Shown: piece by piece, positions 39,972 to 54,849 of the stretch
How the letters are laid out: the number at the start of each line of letters is the position of its first letter
How positions within the stretch are numbered: the stretch's first letter is position 1
Assembly (NCBI RefSeq): GCF_032444005.1
Contig: NC_091288.1
Coordinates: 201,810,001-201,874,000 of the forward strand
Direction: 5' to 3'
Length of the DNA: 64,000 bases
DNA from: Ranitomeya imitator
Taxonomy: Eukaryota
Made by a program: the position numbers and the translations under genes
The notes under the pieces: generated by a model
Databases searched by the model: none
Seen by the model: the letters and a program-made list of their open reading frames with translations, nothing else
Told to the model about the DNA's origin: nothing

Positions 39972-41771
39972 CTAATCCCGCCCCTGAAGTCCCCGCCTCT
40001 TCCGTGATGCGTCTGTCCTCAGATCACTCATTTGCCGCTTGCTGGAGCAGCTGATGTATTTGCGTTCAAATGTCCCCGTGTATAGCGCTGTACAGTGCAG
40101 CTCCCGCAATATCGACAGATCACACAAACCCCCCATCCTGAGACTGCGCCCAGCATCAGTTATATTACAAACATTAGAAGTCCGAGAACTAATCATACAG
40201 CTCTGCGGGGAGGAGGCGGTGGCACTGATCATACAGCTCTGTGGGGAGGAGGTGGTGGCTCTGATCATACAGCTCTGCGGGGAGGAGGTGGTGGCTCTGA
40301 TCATACAGCTCTGTGGGGAGAAGGTGGTGGCACTGATCAAACAGCTCTGCTGGGGAGGAGGTGGCTCTGATCATACAGCTCTGTGGGGAGAGGTGGTGGC
40401 ACTGATCATACAGCTCTGCTGGGGAGGAGGTGGTTGCTCTGATCATACAGCTCTGCGGGGAGGAGGTAGTGGCACTGATCATACAGCTCTGCGGGGAGGA
40501 GGTAGTGGCTCTGATCATACAGCTCTGCGGGGAGAATGTGATGGCTCTGATCATACAGCTCTGCTGGGGAGGAGGTGGTGGCTCTGATCATACAGCTCTG
40601 TGGGGAGAAGGTGGTTGCTCTGATCATACAGCTCTGCGGGGAGGAGGTGGTGGCACTGATCATACAGCTCTGTGGGGAGAAGGTGGTTGCTCTGATCATA
40701 CAGCTCTGCGGGGAGGAGGTGGTGGCACTGATCATACAGCTCTGCGGGGAGGAGGTGGTGGCACTGATCATACAGCTCTGCGAGGAGGAGGTAGTGGCAC
40801 TGATCATACAGCTCTGCGGGGAGGAGGTGGTGGCACTGATCATACAGCTCTGCGAGGAGGAGGTGGTGGCACTGATCATACAGCTCTGCGGGGAGTGGGT
40901 GATGGCACTGATCATACAGCTCTGCTGGGAGAAGGTGGTGGCACTGATCAAACAGCTCTGCTGGGGAGGAGGTGGCTCTGATCATACAGCTCTGTGGGGA
41001 GAGGTGGTGGCACTGATCATACAGCTCTGCTGGGGAGGAGGTGGTTGCTCTGATCATACAGCTCTGCGGGGAGGAGGTAGTGGCACTGATCATACAGCTC
41101 TGCGGGGAGGAGGTAGTGGCTCTGATCATACAGCTCTGCGGGGAGAATGTGATGGCTCTGATCATACAGCTCTGCTGGGGAGGAGGTGGTGGCTCTGATC
41201 ATACAGCTCTGTGGGGAGAAGGTGGTTGCTCTGATCATACAGCTCTGCGGGGAGGAGGTAGTGGCACTGATAATACAGCTCTGCGGGGAGGAGGTAGTGG
41301 CACTGATCATACAGCTCTGTGGGGAGAAGGTGGTTGCTCTGATCATACAGCTCTGCGAGGAGGAGGTGATGGCACTGATCATACAGCTCTGCGGGGAGGA
41401 GGTGGTGGCACTGATCATACAGCTCTGTGGGGAGAAGGTGGTTGCTCTGATCATACAGCTCTGCGGGGAGGAGGTGGTGGCACTGATCATACAGCTCTGC
41501 GGGGAGGAGGTGGTGGCACTGATCATACAGCTCTGCGAGGAGGAGGTAGTGGCACTGATCATACAGCTCTGCGGGGAGGAGGTGGTGGCACTGATCATAC
41601 AGCTCTGCGAGGAGGTGGTGGCACTGATCATACAGCTCTGCGGGGAGTGGGTGATGGCACTGATCATACAGCTCTGCTGGGAGGAGGTGTTGGCACTGAT
41701 CATACAGCTCTGCGGGGAGGAGGTGGTGGCTCTTATAAGAGCCTTTGTGGTATCAGAACAGGGGCTGCAGC

Positions 41772-42410
41772 TTATTTCTTAGCCGCGGGCTTCTTGGCTT
41801 TCGCAGCCTTCTTAGCCGGACTCTTGGCGGGTTTGGCCGCCTTCTTAGCCGGACTCTTCGTCACCTTCTTGGGCTTGGGAGCGGCTTTCGGCTTTTTGGG
41901 GCTCTTGGCCGCTTTCTTGGCAGCTGCGGGCTTCTTGGCCTTTTTCGGGCTCTTCTTGGCCGCGGTCGGAGCCTTCTTGGGCTTCTTCGGAGATTTGGCG
42001 GCTTTCTTGGCAGCAGCGGGTTTCTTAGGTTTGGCCGCAGCTGCTGGCTTCTTCTTGGCCACTTTGTCCTTCGTCTCCTGCTTCTTGTTCAGCTTGAAGG
42101 ACCCGGAGGCGCCGCTGCCTTTCACCTGGAGGAGGGCGCCCTTGGTGACCAGAGACTTGACGGCCAGCTTCAGGCGGCTGTTGTTCTTCTCTACATCGTA
42201 TCCTCCGGCAGACAGAGCCTTCTTCAGGGCGGCCAGAGACACCCCGCTGCGCTCCTTGGAGGCGGACACGGCTTTCACGATCAGCTCGGAGACGCTGGGG
42301 CCGGAGGGTTTATTGCTCTTCTTGGCAGCAGATTTCTTCGGCTGCTTCTTGGATTTGGCGGCCGGTTCTGCGGGAGGGGGAGCGGCGGCTGGCGCGGTCT
42401 CTGCCATCAT
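41772..42410 (-). CDS. H1: Histone H1, unit 3
   Basis: Same protein; stem-loop at 41728-41743. Confidence 0.98.
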   Translation of the reverse strand: MMAETAPAAAPPPAEPAAKSKKQPKKSAAKKSNKPSGPSVSELIVKAVSASKERSGVSLAALKKALSAGGYDVEKNNSRLKLAVKSLVTKGALLQVKGSGASGSFKLNKKQETKDKVAKKKPAAAAKPKKPAAAKKAAKSPKKPKKAPTAAKKSPKKAKKPAAAKKAAKSPKKPKAAPKPKKVTKSPAKKAAKPAKSPAKKAAKAKKPAAKK

Positions 42411-45400
42411 GTGCTGCGGAAAAACAAGATGAAAATATTTCCTGGTAGGAAGGAAAACACTGAGGCCGGAGCTGGAGGCGCCTGTTATATGTACAGGCTT
42501 ACTGCGCACTGATTGGCTGCTGAGCTGCACCGTTCTGAGCTTCTATTGGCTGACACTGGACATAAACCCCGCCTCCTCCCAGCTGAGTCCGGGTGAAGCA
42601 CCGCTCTCTCCTTGTGCTTCCCTGCCCGGGATAAAAGCCCTTTACCGGCTAACACCGGACAGCAGAGCGCGCTTCCTCCATCGCCTCTCCTTCTCCAACA
42701 TCTCCACCGGCCATTTGTAGCCGTCACTAGCAGAGATGCCGGGAAAGAGCGGAGAACAAATCCCGGGATTATCGCCGCCGTCCTCCCGATCTGCACCTCA
42801 CTGTGTATCCGGGGAGATAAATCTGCTGCGGGAGCTCGTTCCTCCTATTCCCGGCTCTTGTCACCATCACAGGGATCTTTACTCCAATGTCTATCGTACA
42901 GGGAGCTGATTGTACGATGTGGGGACGAGCTGGAGCTGCTGAGAACCCAGAAGGGTAACACAGGCGACGGCCTCCGCTGACTGCCCCCTCCCTGACCTGT
43001 GATATCACTGTACCCCGTATGTGCAGAGGATTGGGGGGACACGTGTTCCACACCAGTAGATGATCCACATCGGTGGCTGAGTGCAATCACCTGCCTGATA
43101 TCTTGTCTTAGTGGTGGGAAAGAGCTCTGATGAGGCGACAGCTGCACAGTGCGACTCCCCAACCAAACACATGAACATCTCAGGGGAGAAAACTGAAATA
43201 TTAACGGATGTATATGACCCCCACTATTATGCAAAAGGGGAATATTGGGAGAAGAGCGGAGACACAAAATCCAGCGTCTACACAGAGAACACAGCTGTAT
43301 ATAGTATATATAGTGCACAGCATCACATCTGCACAGCCCAGATCAGCAGTGTAATAAGTGCCACTGATAATAGAGGAGAGGGTACAGTATATACAGCAGA
43401 GTGTACAGTATATAGAGCAGTGTATAGTATATACAGCAGTGTACAGTATATAGAGCAGTGTATAGTATAGTGCGGTGTGTACAGTATATAGAGCGGTGTG
43501 TGCAGTATATACAGCAGAGTACACTGTATGTAGACCAGAGTGTACAGTATATACAGCAGAGTACACAGTATATAGACCAGAGTGTACAGTATACAGAGCA
43601 GTGTGTGCAGTATATGCAGCAGAGTACACAGTATATAGAGCAGTGTACAGTATATACAGCAGTGTACAGTATTTACAGCAATGTACAGTAAATAGACCAG
43701 AGTGTACAGTATATAGAGCAGTGTACAGTAGTGCGGTGTGTGCAGTATATAGAGCAGAGTATACAGTATATACAGCAGAGTACAGTATATAGAGCAGAGT
43801 GCACAGTATAAAGAGCTGTGTGTACAGTATATACAGGAGAGGGTACAGTACATAGAGCAGTGTGTACAGTATATAGAGCACTGTACACAGTATATACAGC
43901 AGTGTGTACAGTATGTAGAGGAGAGTGTAGAGTATGTACAGCAGTGTGTACAGTATATAGATCATTGTGTGCATTATATAGAGCAAAGCGTTCAGTATAT
44001 AGAGCAGTGTGCAGTATAGTGCGGTGTATATAGAGCAGTGTATACAGTATACTATTATTATTTTTTTATATAGCACCATTGATTCCATGGTGCTGTACAT
44101 GAGCGGTGACCTCCCAAAGTGTAGAGGAACAATTCAAGAGTGTGGGGTACTTATTTCAGAATTCGGGGGGGGGGGGGGGGGGGGGGTTAACGGCCCGGGG
44201 GGGGGCATTTTTTTGAGGGGCATTACTTGTGGGCAAGGTCAATTTGGGGGGTCACAGCTCAACCCGGTTTTGGGCTATCAACCCCAAATTTTCAGGGTGT
44301 GTAGAGTACCCCTAGCGAACCAATAGTGTAAAAAATTGAGGGTGGCACTTTGAGGGCACCCCAAAACTAATGCCCCCCCCCCCCCCAAAAAAAAAAAAAA
44401 AAAAAAAAATGCCCCCCTCCCATTAACCTAAAAATTCTGAAAAAAAAAATAGCCCAACTAATGAATTGTTCCTCTACACACTATGAAAATTTGACGTCGA
44501 TAGCCCCAATCTGGGCTGAGCAGTTACCCCCCAAAGCTGCCCTGCCCATTGAAGCTTATCGCGCGCAGGGTCACTGCCCAGCCTGGTTTGTGCCTACCGA
44601 CCCCACATTTTCAGGGTGTGTAGAGGAACAATTCAAGAGTGTCGGGTAATTTGTTCAGAAGTTTGGGGGTCGGGAAGGGGGGCATATTTTTGGGGTGATC
44701 TCAAAATGCCCCCCACATTTTTGCAGCACTGGTCCACTAGAGCTATGGGTACGCTACACACCCTGAAAATGTGTGGTTGATAGCCACAAACAGGGCTGAG
44801 CAGAGACTCCCCAAAGTGACCCTGCCCATTGAAGTCTATGGTGCGCAAGGTCACTGCTCAGCCCGATTTGGGTCTGTCGACCACAAATTCTCAGGGTGTG
44901 TAGAGGAACACTTTAAGAGTGTGTGGTAATTTTTTTCAGAATGTTTTGGGTCAACCGGGGCATTTTTTGGTGGGGCACAACGTTTGGGTTGCCCTCAAAA
45001 GCCCCCCAAAGTTTTACACCACACCTCCTTTGCTACATATCGAAGTATTGGCAATGCTGATGAGTATACTGGACCCCGCGATCACTTGGCTGGATGTGGG
45101 AATGTGCAGAGGAAAAATGAGGATAATGAACGGGATTACAGCAGCACCCCACATGCGGATGGTGGTGCCGAGAAAATCTAGTACATCAGCCTCATTCTGG
45201 AGAGGTGCTGACATGAAGGATTGATCAGCTCTCCGTGAGAGAGAGCGAGAAAGAAAGAGAGAGAGAAAGCCTGATGTGACGCTACCGGGTCTCGGGTGGG
45301 GGAAGTCGCCGGTTCTGTAAAGCGAGTGTGTAGTGGGGGTCAGCACACACACGGCGACTAAGGAGTTAAATGGAGGCGGATATTCCTGTATCTGGGATTG

Positions 45401-46465
45401 GTCGGCGCCTGCGGATGTCTCTCGCTCATTGGCTGATTACAGATCCGTTGATGGTTTTGAATTTCCCGCTCAATATCTGTTCTTTGTCCGTCGGATTATT
45501 ACCGGCCCCTCTGCTGGAGCGGCGATCGCCGATAATACCGGGTCCTGTCCTCCCAGCTGTCTGCCCCCAAACACGGGGATCGGTTTGCTTATCGGTTGCC
45601 ATTAATATTCTGGGGAGGTTATAATAGTCTTCAGAGGCGCCTTCCATCCGAAACATTAGTGTCCAGGACGTGGTCATCACATAGGAGTCTCCGTACCCGG
45701 TACACAGGGCGTCCGTCTATCCAGCTGCCTCAGACAGCCACATTCCCTGTGAATATTCGCTGCCCCCTGTTCAGTATAACATCAAGTAGCAGAATCAACA
45801 CATTCATCTCACGGCAGGACTGTAGTAACCGCATCACTCCGGGGTTTGTACTGTGTGCATAGAGGGGCCTCCGGGAGGCAGTGTGCGGATATATCCCCCA
45901 TAAATCTGTGAGGTTTGAGATCAATAAGAAGAAACCGCATCACCCGAAGTTTGCGGTGCCGGCTCTAGTATGGAAAGACGGGGAGGAAAATAAGAGGGGA
46001 GAGTATAGAAGACACGTCCCAGGCTGTGACCGATACTACAGGCAGCCGCACGGGGGATATTGTGCCCTGCAGAGACGCTGCGCCCGATACTAATCAGCGC
46101 CCAATAAAAGCAGGATCTTAGGACAACATCTTAACAGATTTAGAAAACGCCGGGAGTTGCTCCGTTATTAGAGCTGTAGAGGGATCTGCTTGGGAAAACC
46201 AGGTTAGTCTTTCTAGGTCAAAATATTGGAAAAGACCCTAGTCCCAGATCACACACTGCGGGCACATCCCAGAATCTGGATAATGCGGCTTCATTCCTTC
46301 GACCGGGAACCCACAGCATTAGTGGCTCAGTAAAGGTTCTAAACGATATATTAACTTTATAACCACCAGGAACCAGAGCGCAGGAATAGGAAGGTGCAGC
46401 CTCTCACTGAGATGTGGGTGGCTCTGAAAAGAGCCTTTGGGTTGTGAAGACAGAAGAGAACACAA

Positions 46466-46786
<321 letters not shown>

Positions 46787-49497
46787 TCAGTGAGCAAAAA
46801 CTGATTCCTGGACAGCACGGACTGCTCCTTTATATGGAGGAAGAATGGACCAGAGAGAGAACTGCAGAGATGACGCACTTCCGGGACGGGTCTTCCAGAA
46901 TCTACATTTGCCCCTCCCTTCCTCTGCTGATTGGCTGACCACAGAACTGTTGGGACGTTTGAGTTTCCCGCTCATTGGTCATATTCTGCAATTATCTTCC
47001 CAGCTTGTATTTTATGCAATTTCTTTCCCTTGTGACTAAAGATATCCCACATATTTTCATCACCGTTCCAGATCATCGTGGTTCATACCATCCACAATGT
47101 ATGATGCCCCCACTTATCCCGCACACAGTATGCTGCCCCCAAAGTTATCCTCCACATAGTATGATGCCCCCTACACAGCAAGATAACCACACAGTAGGAT
47201 GCCCCCACAGTTACTGTTTAAGGGTATGATATCCCCAGTTACTCCGAAAACAGTATGATGCCCTAAGTTACCCCCCCCCCCCCCCCCCCAACACACACAC
47301 AGGAAATATGATGCACCCACAGTTACACCCTATACAATGTGATACCCCCAGAGCGACCCATCCTCAGTGTAATGTAATGATTAACAATTGTTCATGTTAT
47401 GGTGAAAGTCTTCCATTAATGGAGATTTGGAAGGGTGAAAGAAGCAAGAGAAATTAGAAGAGATATTTCATCAGATCAACATCTGGTGATTAAATGTTCA
47501 TTTTTGCCATTACCTCATGTACAAATCACAAACCAGAGAGACACATTTTTATGCAGTTTTTTATATATCATGTTATGCTTTAGTAATGCAAAATCACATG
47601 ACTGGGCCTTTAATTGTAAAGTACAAATTATTAGGGGTTTTTTTGCTTCTTTTTCATTGTTTGTCTTAATGTGAAAACTGTACTGGCAGCAAAAGGGTTA
47701 AAAAACCAGTGTAACAGAAAAATGATCCCTACTACATTGCCCTCTATAGTGCCAGAGGCATTTACTCTCTTACAACCAGGACTTACTTCTTAGGCGTTAG
47801 GGCAGTGAACCCATTAAATGCTGCAGGTCAGTTACTGAGTAGCTGTATGATGGCTCCTGGGTCCCAGTAGGGCACTGTATGAAATACCAGGTCGGATCCA
47901 CTGCCAATTACAGCACAAAGCCATTTTTGGCAGTGAAATCTGATTAAGAAAAGTCCCTTCAACATCCACACCAGTAGCAATATGCATCGTGCATCCCCCC
48001 ATAAAGTGGTTTTGACGTCCTGCAGCAGTGACAGGGGAGTCTAGCGAAGATAATCGCTGTTTTTCGGCAAGGAACATTCCATGTTATCCAAATCAATTTT
48101 CTTTATGACCCCAGTGGCCCATTCTGGTGGGCGCTCCTGCCGGCCCCAACAACGTCCCCGCCTGCCATTTGCGTTTCTTTTATCGTGTGCTCCAGCCAGT
48201 CTCTTCCATGCTGTTCGGAGGGATCAGTGTCCCCATTGCAGTTTGGGCTACACAGCGAGAAGGATTTCACAAGCCTTTAATGCCACTGGCCGGTCACAGT
48301 CACACAGACAAGTCAATAAGGCCGGAAAAAGCCCGACTCTTTCACATGTAACCAGAGCGTCGGAGATGGAACCTGAGCTTCTGCTAGATGGCAGCCCTAT
48401 AGTGTAAGGGCACGTTAGGGACGGCCCCATCTCCAATATTTGTGACATATACACATATAGGAATCCTTAGCCAAACAGTAAACACCTTTACCAAAGTCAC
48501 GGTTTGTTTAGAAGTCCGACAGCCGAGCAGGTGCGTTTGGAGGTCTGGCAGCAGGGCAGCGCATTTCGAGATCCAACAGCTGTGGAGGTGCGTTTCAAGA
48601 TCCGACAGCCAACGAAGAGTATTTCGATGTCCGACAGCCGGGTAGATGTGCTTCGAGGTCCAGCAGCCGCGGCGGAGTGATTCGAGGTCCTGTCACGTAG
48701 ATATATATCCAGTTAGTGCAGTGTACGGGGGAACACAGGTGTTGGTTCTGCCCCGTATATATATATTTACAGTGTATACATTGTTTGCGGTGTATAGGGA
48801 ACACAGCGCTACCGGGGCCTGGGGTGAAGGTGCCGCATCTTTGGATACTCTGATGAGAGATCAGCTGGAACACGGAAAATAAGAAGTTAAATGGAGGAGA
48901 CACGTCTGTGTACCTGATGTACGTAGATGTCTCTCCTCCATTTAACGTCCTATTTTCAAGGCTGAGCTTTCCCAAGGCTGCCCGCTCATTGTCTTATCAC
49001 ATGATCCTTTGGGGGATTTGAGTTTCCCGCTCATAATCTCTGGAGGATTATTACCGGTCACTGCCGATAGCGGAGATCACAATCCGGTCACACCCGGAAC
49101 AGCGCGGAGTCCTGTCCTCCAGAGCCGCCGCACACGGGATCGTCCTCCGAGAGAAGGCGCCGTCACTGATGTGGAGGAGAATCACCCGCCCGGTCCCCTT
49201 ACTGCGGGACCTGCTAACTACATGTAGACCTCAGCGCGGAGTATCAGACACTAATGAGGGGACATTTCCTGCGAGCTTGGCAGACGACACTCCCACCTGA
49301 GGGGTCTGAGACTTCATGTGGGATTGACCCATTCATCTCCTATTATTCTGTGGATATGTGCACCAACAATGGCGGCAAAGGTGTATGTACCATCAGCCTC
49401 ATGTGAGGACCCCGAGATAGGCGGCGCCGGCTCTTGTGGTGACGGTGTGGGTGGCTCTTAGAAGAGCCTTTGGTTTTGTAGAGATTGGCGGCAGCGC

Positions 49498-49959
<462 letters not shown>

Positions 49960-51913
49960 TTATATAGTCTGCTGCTCCGCCCTCCTCTCCTGTCATTGGA
50001 TGACTCTGAAGCTGGCCAATGGGGAAGAGTCTTGAGGAACCGCCAATGAGCTGCCGAGGGCGGAGCTTATTATTGCTCCTTGCTCAAATTAGTTTCTCAC
50101 CCAATAGAAAACGTTCGCTTTGGACCGAATAGATAAGGGGTGAAAACAGATATTTGTCTTGGAGCAGAAGGAAGTGCAGAAATATTCTGTTGATTTGTAG
50201 TTTGCACTTGTTGAATTTGTGTCTACTATCAGCCATAAATTGCACTGACAGTCTGGTGGGTGAGGGGTTAATCCCTGTCAGTGCTTCTCCTCCGCTCCAT
50301 CTGCACAGGAGGCGGCTCCTCACTCACCCGCTTATTACCCTGTGCAGATTCCCTGTGGTGTCCGCGCTGATCCTATCACAGCCTGACTGAGACAAGTCTC
50401 CTATGTTCTGCCCGGAGCCTGATGTGACGCTGCCGGGTCCCGGGTGGGGGAAGTCGCCGCTTCTGTATTGTATGATACAATATTGTTCTGCTCCAGGAAG
50501 ACATCCAGGCCTCTCTTGAACCCCTCGACTGAGTTCGCCATCACCACCTCCTCAGGCAAGCAATTCCAGATTCTCACCGCCCTAACAGTAAAGAATCCTC
50601 TTCTATGTTGGTGGAAAAACCTTCTCTCCTCCAGACGCAAAGAATGCCCCCTTGTGCCCGTGGCCTTGGTATAAACAGATCCTCAGCGAGATATTTCTAT
50701 TGTCCCCTTATATACTTATACATGGTTATTAGATCGCCCCTCAGTCGTCTTTTTCTAGACTAAATAATCCTAATTTCGCTAATCTATCTGGGTATTGTAG
50801 TTCTCAACAGAACAGTTGCTAATTTTTAATTTCCCGCTTATTGTGCTCTTATTTCCCCGCTTCTCTATTCTTCTCATCTCGGCGCCGCTGCTAGATCTGT
50901 TGGTTATTTCGATTTTTTTTCATTGTTATTTATGTTGCTAGTTTCCAGCTTCTGCCAAATGTTAGCTAGTAGAATAAAAAATATATTCTAGGGACAATAA
51001 TCTACAGAAAACTCGTGATCCCCGGCAGTCACTCATCATTACACGTGGTGCCGGACTGGCGGCCATTACCGGTCCCTCAGAGCAGGGAGCTGCATGTAAC
51101 CAGTCACCCTGCGGCTCCAGCCCTGGAGAAGATGGGAAAAGTCAAATATACGAGAATTGCTTAACGACCCACCCACCACAAATGCGACCATCGCAGCACA
51201 CGGGGGAGGGATCTGCTCAGACCAGTGTCAGGCAGAATAGATCACATAAAGGCGTCATCACCGATCTGAGGGACAAATGAGGTTATTAACAGAAACTAAG
51301 CGCAGAGATCTCCGATCCGAACAAAAGAGAACAACCTAAAGCCGCAAGACTGAGGAGGCGGCACTAGGACCCAGCGCGTGCGACAGCAGATTGTGATCGG
51401 TTATGATCCTCAGGAGCGCGAGCAGCAAATGAGCGGGAATTTCAAATCCACCAGCGGATCGGTAAATGACCACAAAACATCAGCATAAAGAACCGTTCTC
51501 AGGAACCGACCAATCACCGATTACTTTTACTCCATTAACTCAATAGTGACCGCGTTCCTGCAGATCCACCCCATTTACGTCTGCACTGTATAGGAACCGC
51601 ACATCCACCACCGCAAACCCGGTTGTGCACTGTACACACTTTACGCGGTCCTTATAACACGTCGGTTTTGTTATAGATGTCGGACACTTTTGGACTGGGC
51701 GAGAATAGAGAATGTGCAGAGCGATAACCAATATCGCTGATCACCTGCAATATCGGAAGCAGCAGCCTCCGTCCATTAACTGATCGACCGTGCCTGCGCT
51801 TCGTACACGGAGAATACGCGCAGAAAAGGGACTGCTCAGGAATCGGCTCATTTGGGAGAGACTTTGGTGGCTCTGAAAAGAGCCTTTGTGTTGTGGTCGC
51901 AGCCGGGGCAGAT

Positions 51914-52513
<600 letters not shown>

Positions 52514-54210
52514 CTAATCCCGCCCCTGAAGTCCCCGCCTCTTCCGTGATGCGTCTGTCCTCAGATCACTCATTTGCCGCTTGCTGGAGCAGCTGATGTA
52601 TTTGCGTTCAAATGTCCCCGTGTATAGCGCTGTACAGTGCAGCTCCCGCAATATCGACAGATCACACAAACCCCCCATCCTGAGACTGCGCCCAGCATCA
52701 GTTATATTACAAACATTAGAAGTCCGAGAACTAATCATACAGCTCTGCGGGGAGGAGGCGGTGGCACTGATCATACAGCTCTGCGGGGAGGAGGTAGTGG
52801 CTCTGATCATACAGCTCTGCGGGGAGAATGTGATGGCTCTGATCATACAGCTCTGCTGGGGAGGAGGTGGTGGCTCTGATCATACAGCTCTGTGGGGAGA
52901 AGGTGGTTGCTCTGATCATACAGCTCTGCGGGGAGGAGGTAGTGGCACTGATAATACAGCTCTGCGGGGAGGAGGTAGTGGCACTGATCATACAGCTCTG
53001 TGGGGAGAAGGTGGTTGCTCTGATCATACAGCTCTGCGAGGAGGAGGTGATGGCACTGATCATACAGCTCTGCGGGGAGGAGGTGGTGGCACTGATCATA
53101 CAGCTCTGTGGGGAGAAGGTGGTTGCTCTGATCATACAGCTCTGCGGGGAGGAGGTGGTGGCACTGATCATACAGCTCTGCGGGGAGGAGGTGGTGGCAC
53201 TGATCATACAGCTCTGCGAGGAGGAGGTAGTGGCACTGATCATACAGCTCTGCGGGGAGGAGGTGGTGGCACTGATCATACAGCTCTGCGAGGAGGAGGT
53301 GGTGGCACTGATCATACAGCTCTGCGGGGAGTGGGTGATGGCACTGATCATACAGCTCTGCTGGGAGAAGGTGGTGGCACTGATCAAACAGCTCTGCTGG
53401 GGAGGAGGTGGCTCTGATCATACAGCTCTGTGGGGAGAGGTGGTGGCACTGATCATACAGCTCTGCTGGGGAGGAGGTGGTTGCTCTGATCATACAGCTC
53501 TGCGGGGAGGAGGTAGTGGCACTGATCATACAGCTCTGCGGGGAGGAGGTAGTGGCTCTGATCATACAGCTCTGCGGGGAGAATGTGATGGCTCTGATCA
53601 TACAGCTCTGCTGGGGAGGAGGTGGTGGCTCTGATCATACAGCTCTGTGGGGAGAAGGTGGTTGCTCTGATCATACAGCTCTGCGGGGAGGAGGTAGTGG
53701 CACTGATAATACAGCTCTGCGGGGAGGAGGTAGTGGCACTGATCATACAGCTCTGTGGGGAGAAGGTGGTTGCTCTGATCATACAGCTCTGCGAGGAGGA
53801 GGTGATGGCACTGATCATACAGCTCTGCGGGGAGGAGGTGGTGGCACTGATCATACAGCTCTGTGGGGAGAAGGTGGTTGCTCTGATCATACAGCTCTGC
53901 GGGGAGGAGGTGGTGGCACTGATCATACAGCTCTGCGGGGAGGAGGTGGTGGCACTGATCATACAGCTCTGCGAGGAGGAGGTAGTGGCACTGATCATAC
54001 AGCTCTGCGGGGAGGAGGTGGTGGCACTGATCATACAGCTCTGCGAGGAGGAGGTGGTGGCACTGATCATACAGCTCTGCGGGGAGTGGGTGATGGCACT
54101 GATCATACAGCTCTGCTGGGAGGAGGTGTTGGCACTGATCATACAGCTCTGCGGGGAGGAGGTGGTGGCTCTTATAAGAGCCTTTGTGGTATCAGAACAG
54201 GGGCTGCAGC

Positions 54211-54849
54211 TTATTTCTTAGCCGCGGGCTTCTTGGCTTTCGCAGCCTTCTTAGCCGGACTCTTGGCGGGTTTGGCCGCCTTCTTAGCCGGACTCTTCGT
54301 CACCTTCTTGGGCTTGGGAGCGGCTTTCGGCTTTTTGGGGCTCTTGGCCGCTTTCTTGGCAGCTGCGGGCTTCTTGGCCTTTTTCGGGCTCTTCTTGGCC
54401 GCGGTCGGAGCCTTCTTGGGCTTCTTCGGAGATTTGGCGGCTTTCTTGGCAGCAGCGGGTTTCTTAGGTTTGGCCGCAGCTGCTGGCTTCTTCTTGGCCA
54501 CTTTGTCCTTCGTCTCCTGCTTCTTGTTCAGCTTGAAGGACCCGGAGGCGCCGCTGCCCTTCACTTGGAGGAGGGCGCCCTTGGTGACCAGAGACTTGAC
54601 GGCCAGCTTCAGGCGGCTGTTGTTCTTCTCTACATCGTATCCTCCGGCAGACAGAGCCTTCTTCAGGGCGGCCAGAGACACCCCGCTGCGCTCCTTGGAG
54701 GCGGACACGGCTTTCACGATCAGCTCGGAGACGCTGGGGCCGGAGGGTTTATTGCTCTTCTTGGCAGCAGATTTCTTCGGCTGCTTCTTGGATTTGGCGG
54801 CCGGTTCTGCGGGAGGGGGAGCGGCGGCTGGCGCGGTCTCTGCCATCAT
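54211..54849 (-). CDS. H1: Histone H1, unit 4
   Basis: Same protein; stem-loop at 54167-54182. Confidence 0.98.
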   Translation of the reverse strand: MMAETAPAAAPPPAEPAAKSKKQPKKSAAKKSNKPSGPSVSELIVKAVSASKERSGVSLAALKKALSAGGYDVEKNNSRLKLAVKSLVTKGALLQVKGSGASGSFKLNKKQETKDKVAKKKPAAAAKPKKPAAAKKAAKSPKKPKKAPTAAKKSPKKAKKPAAAKKAAKSPKKPKAAPKPKKVTKSPAKKAAKPAKSPAKKAAKAKKPAAKK

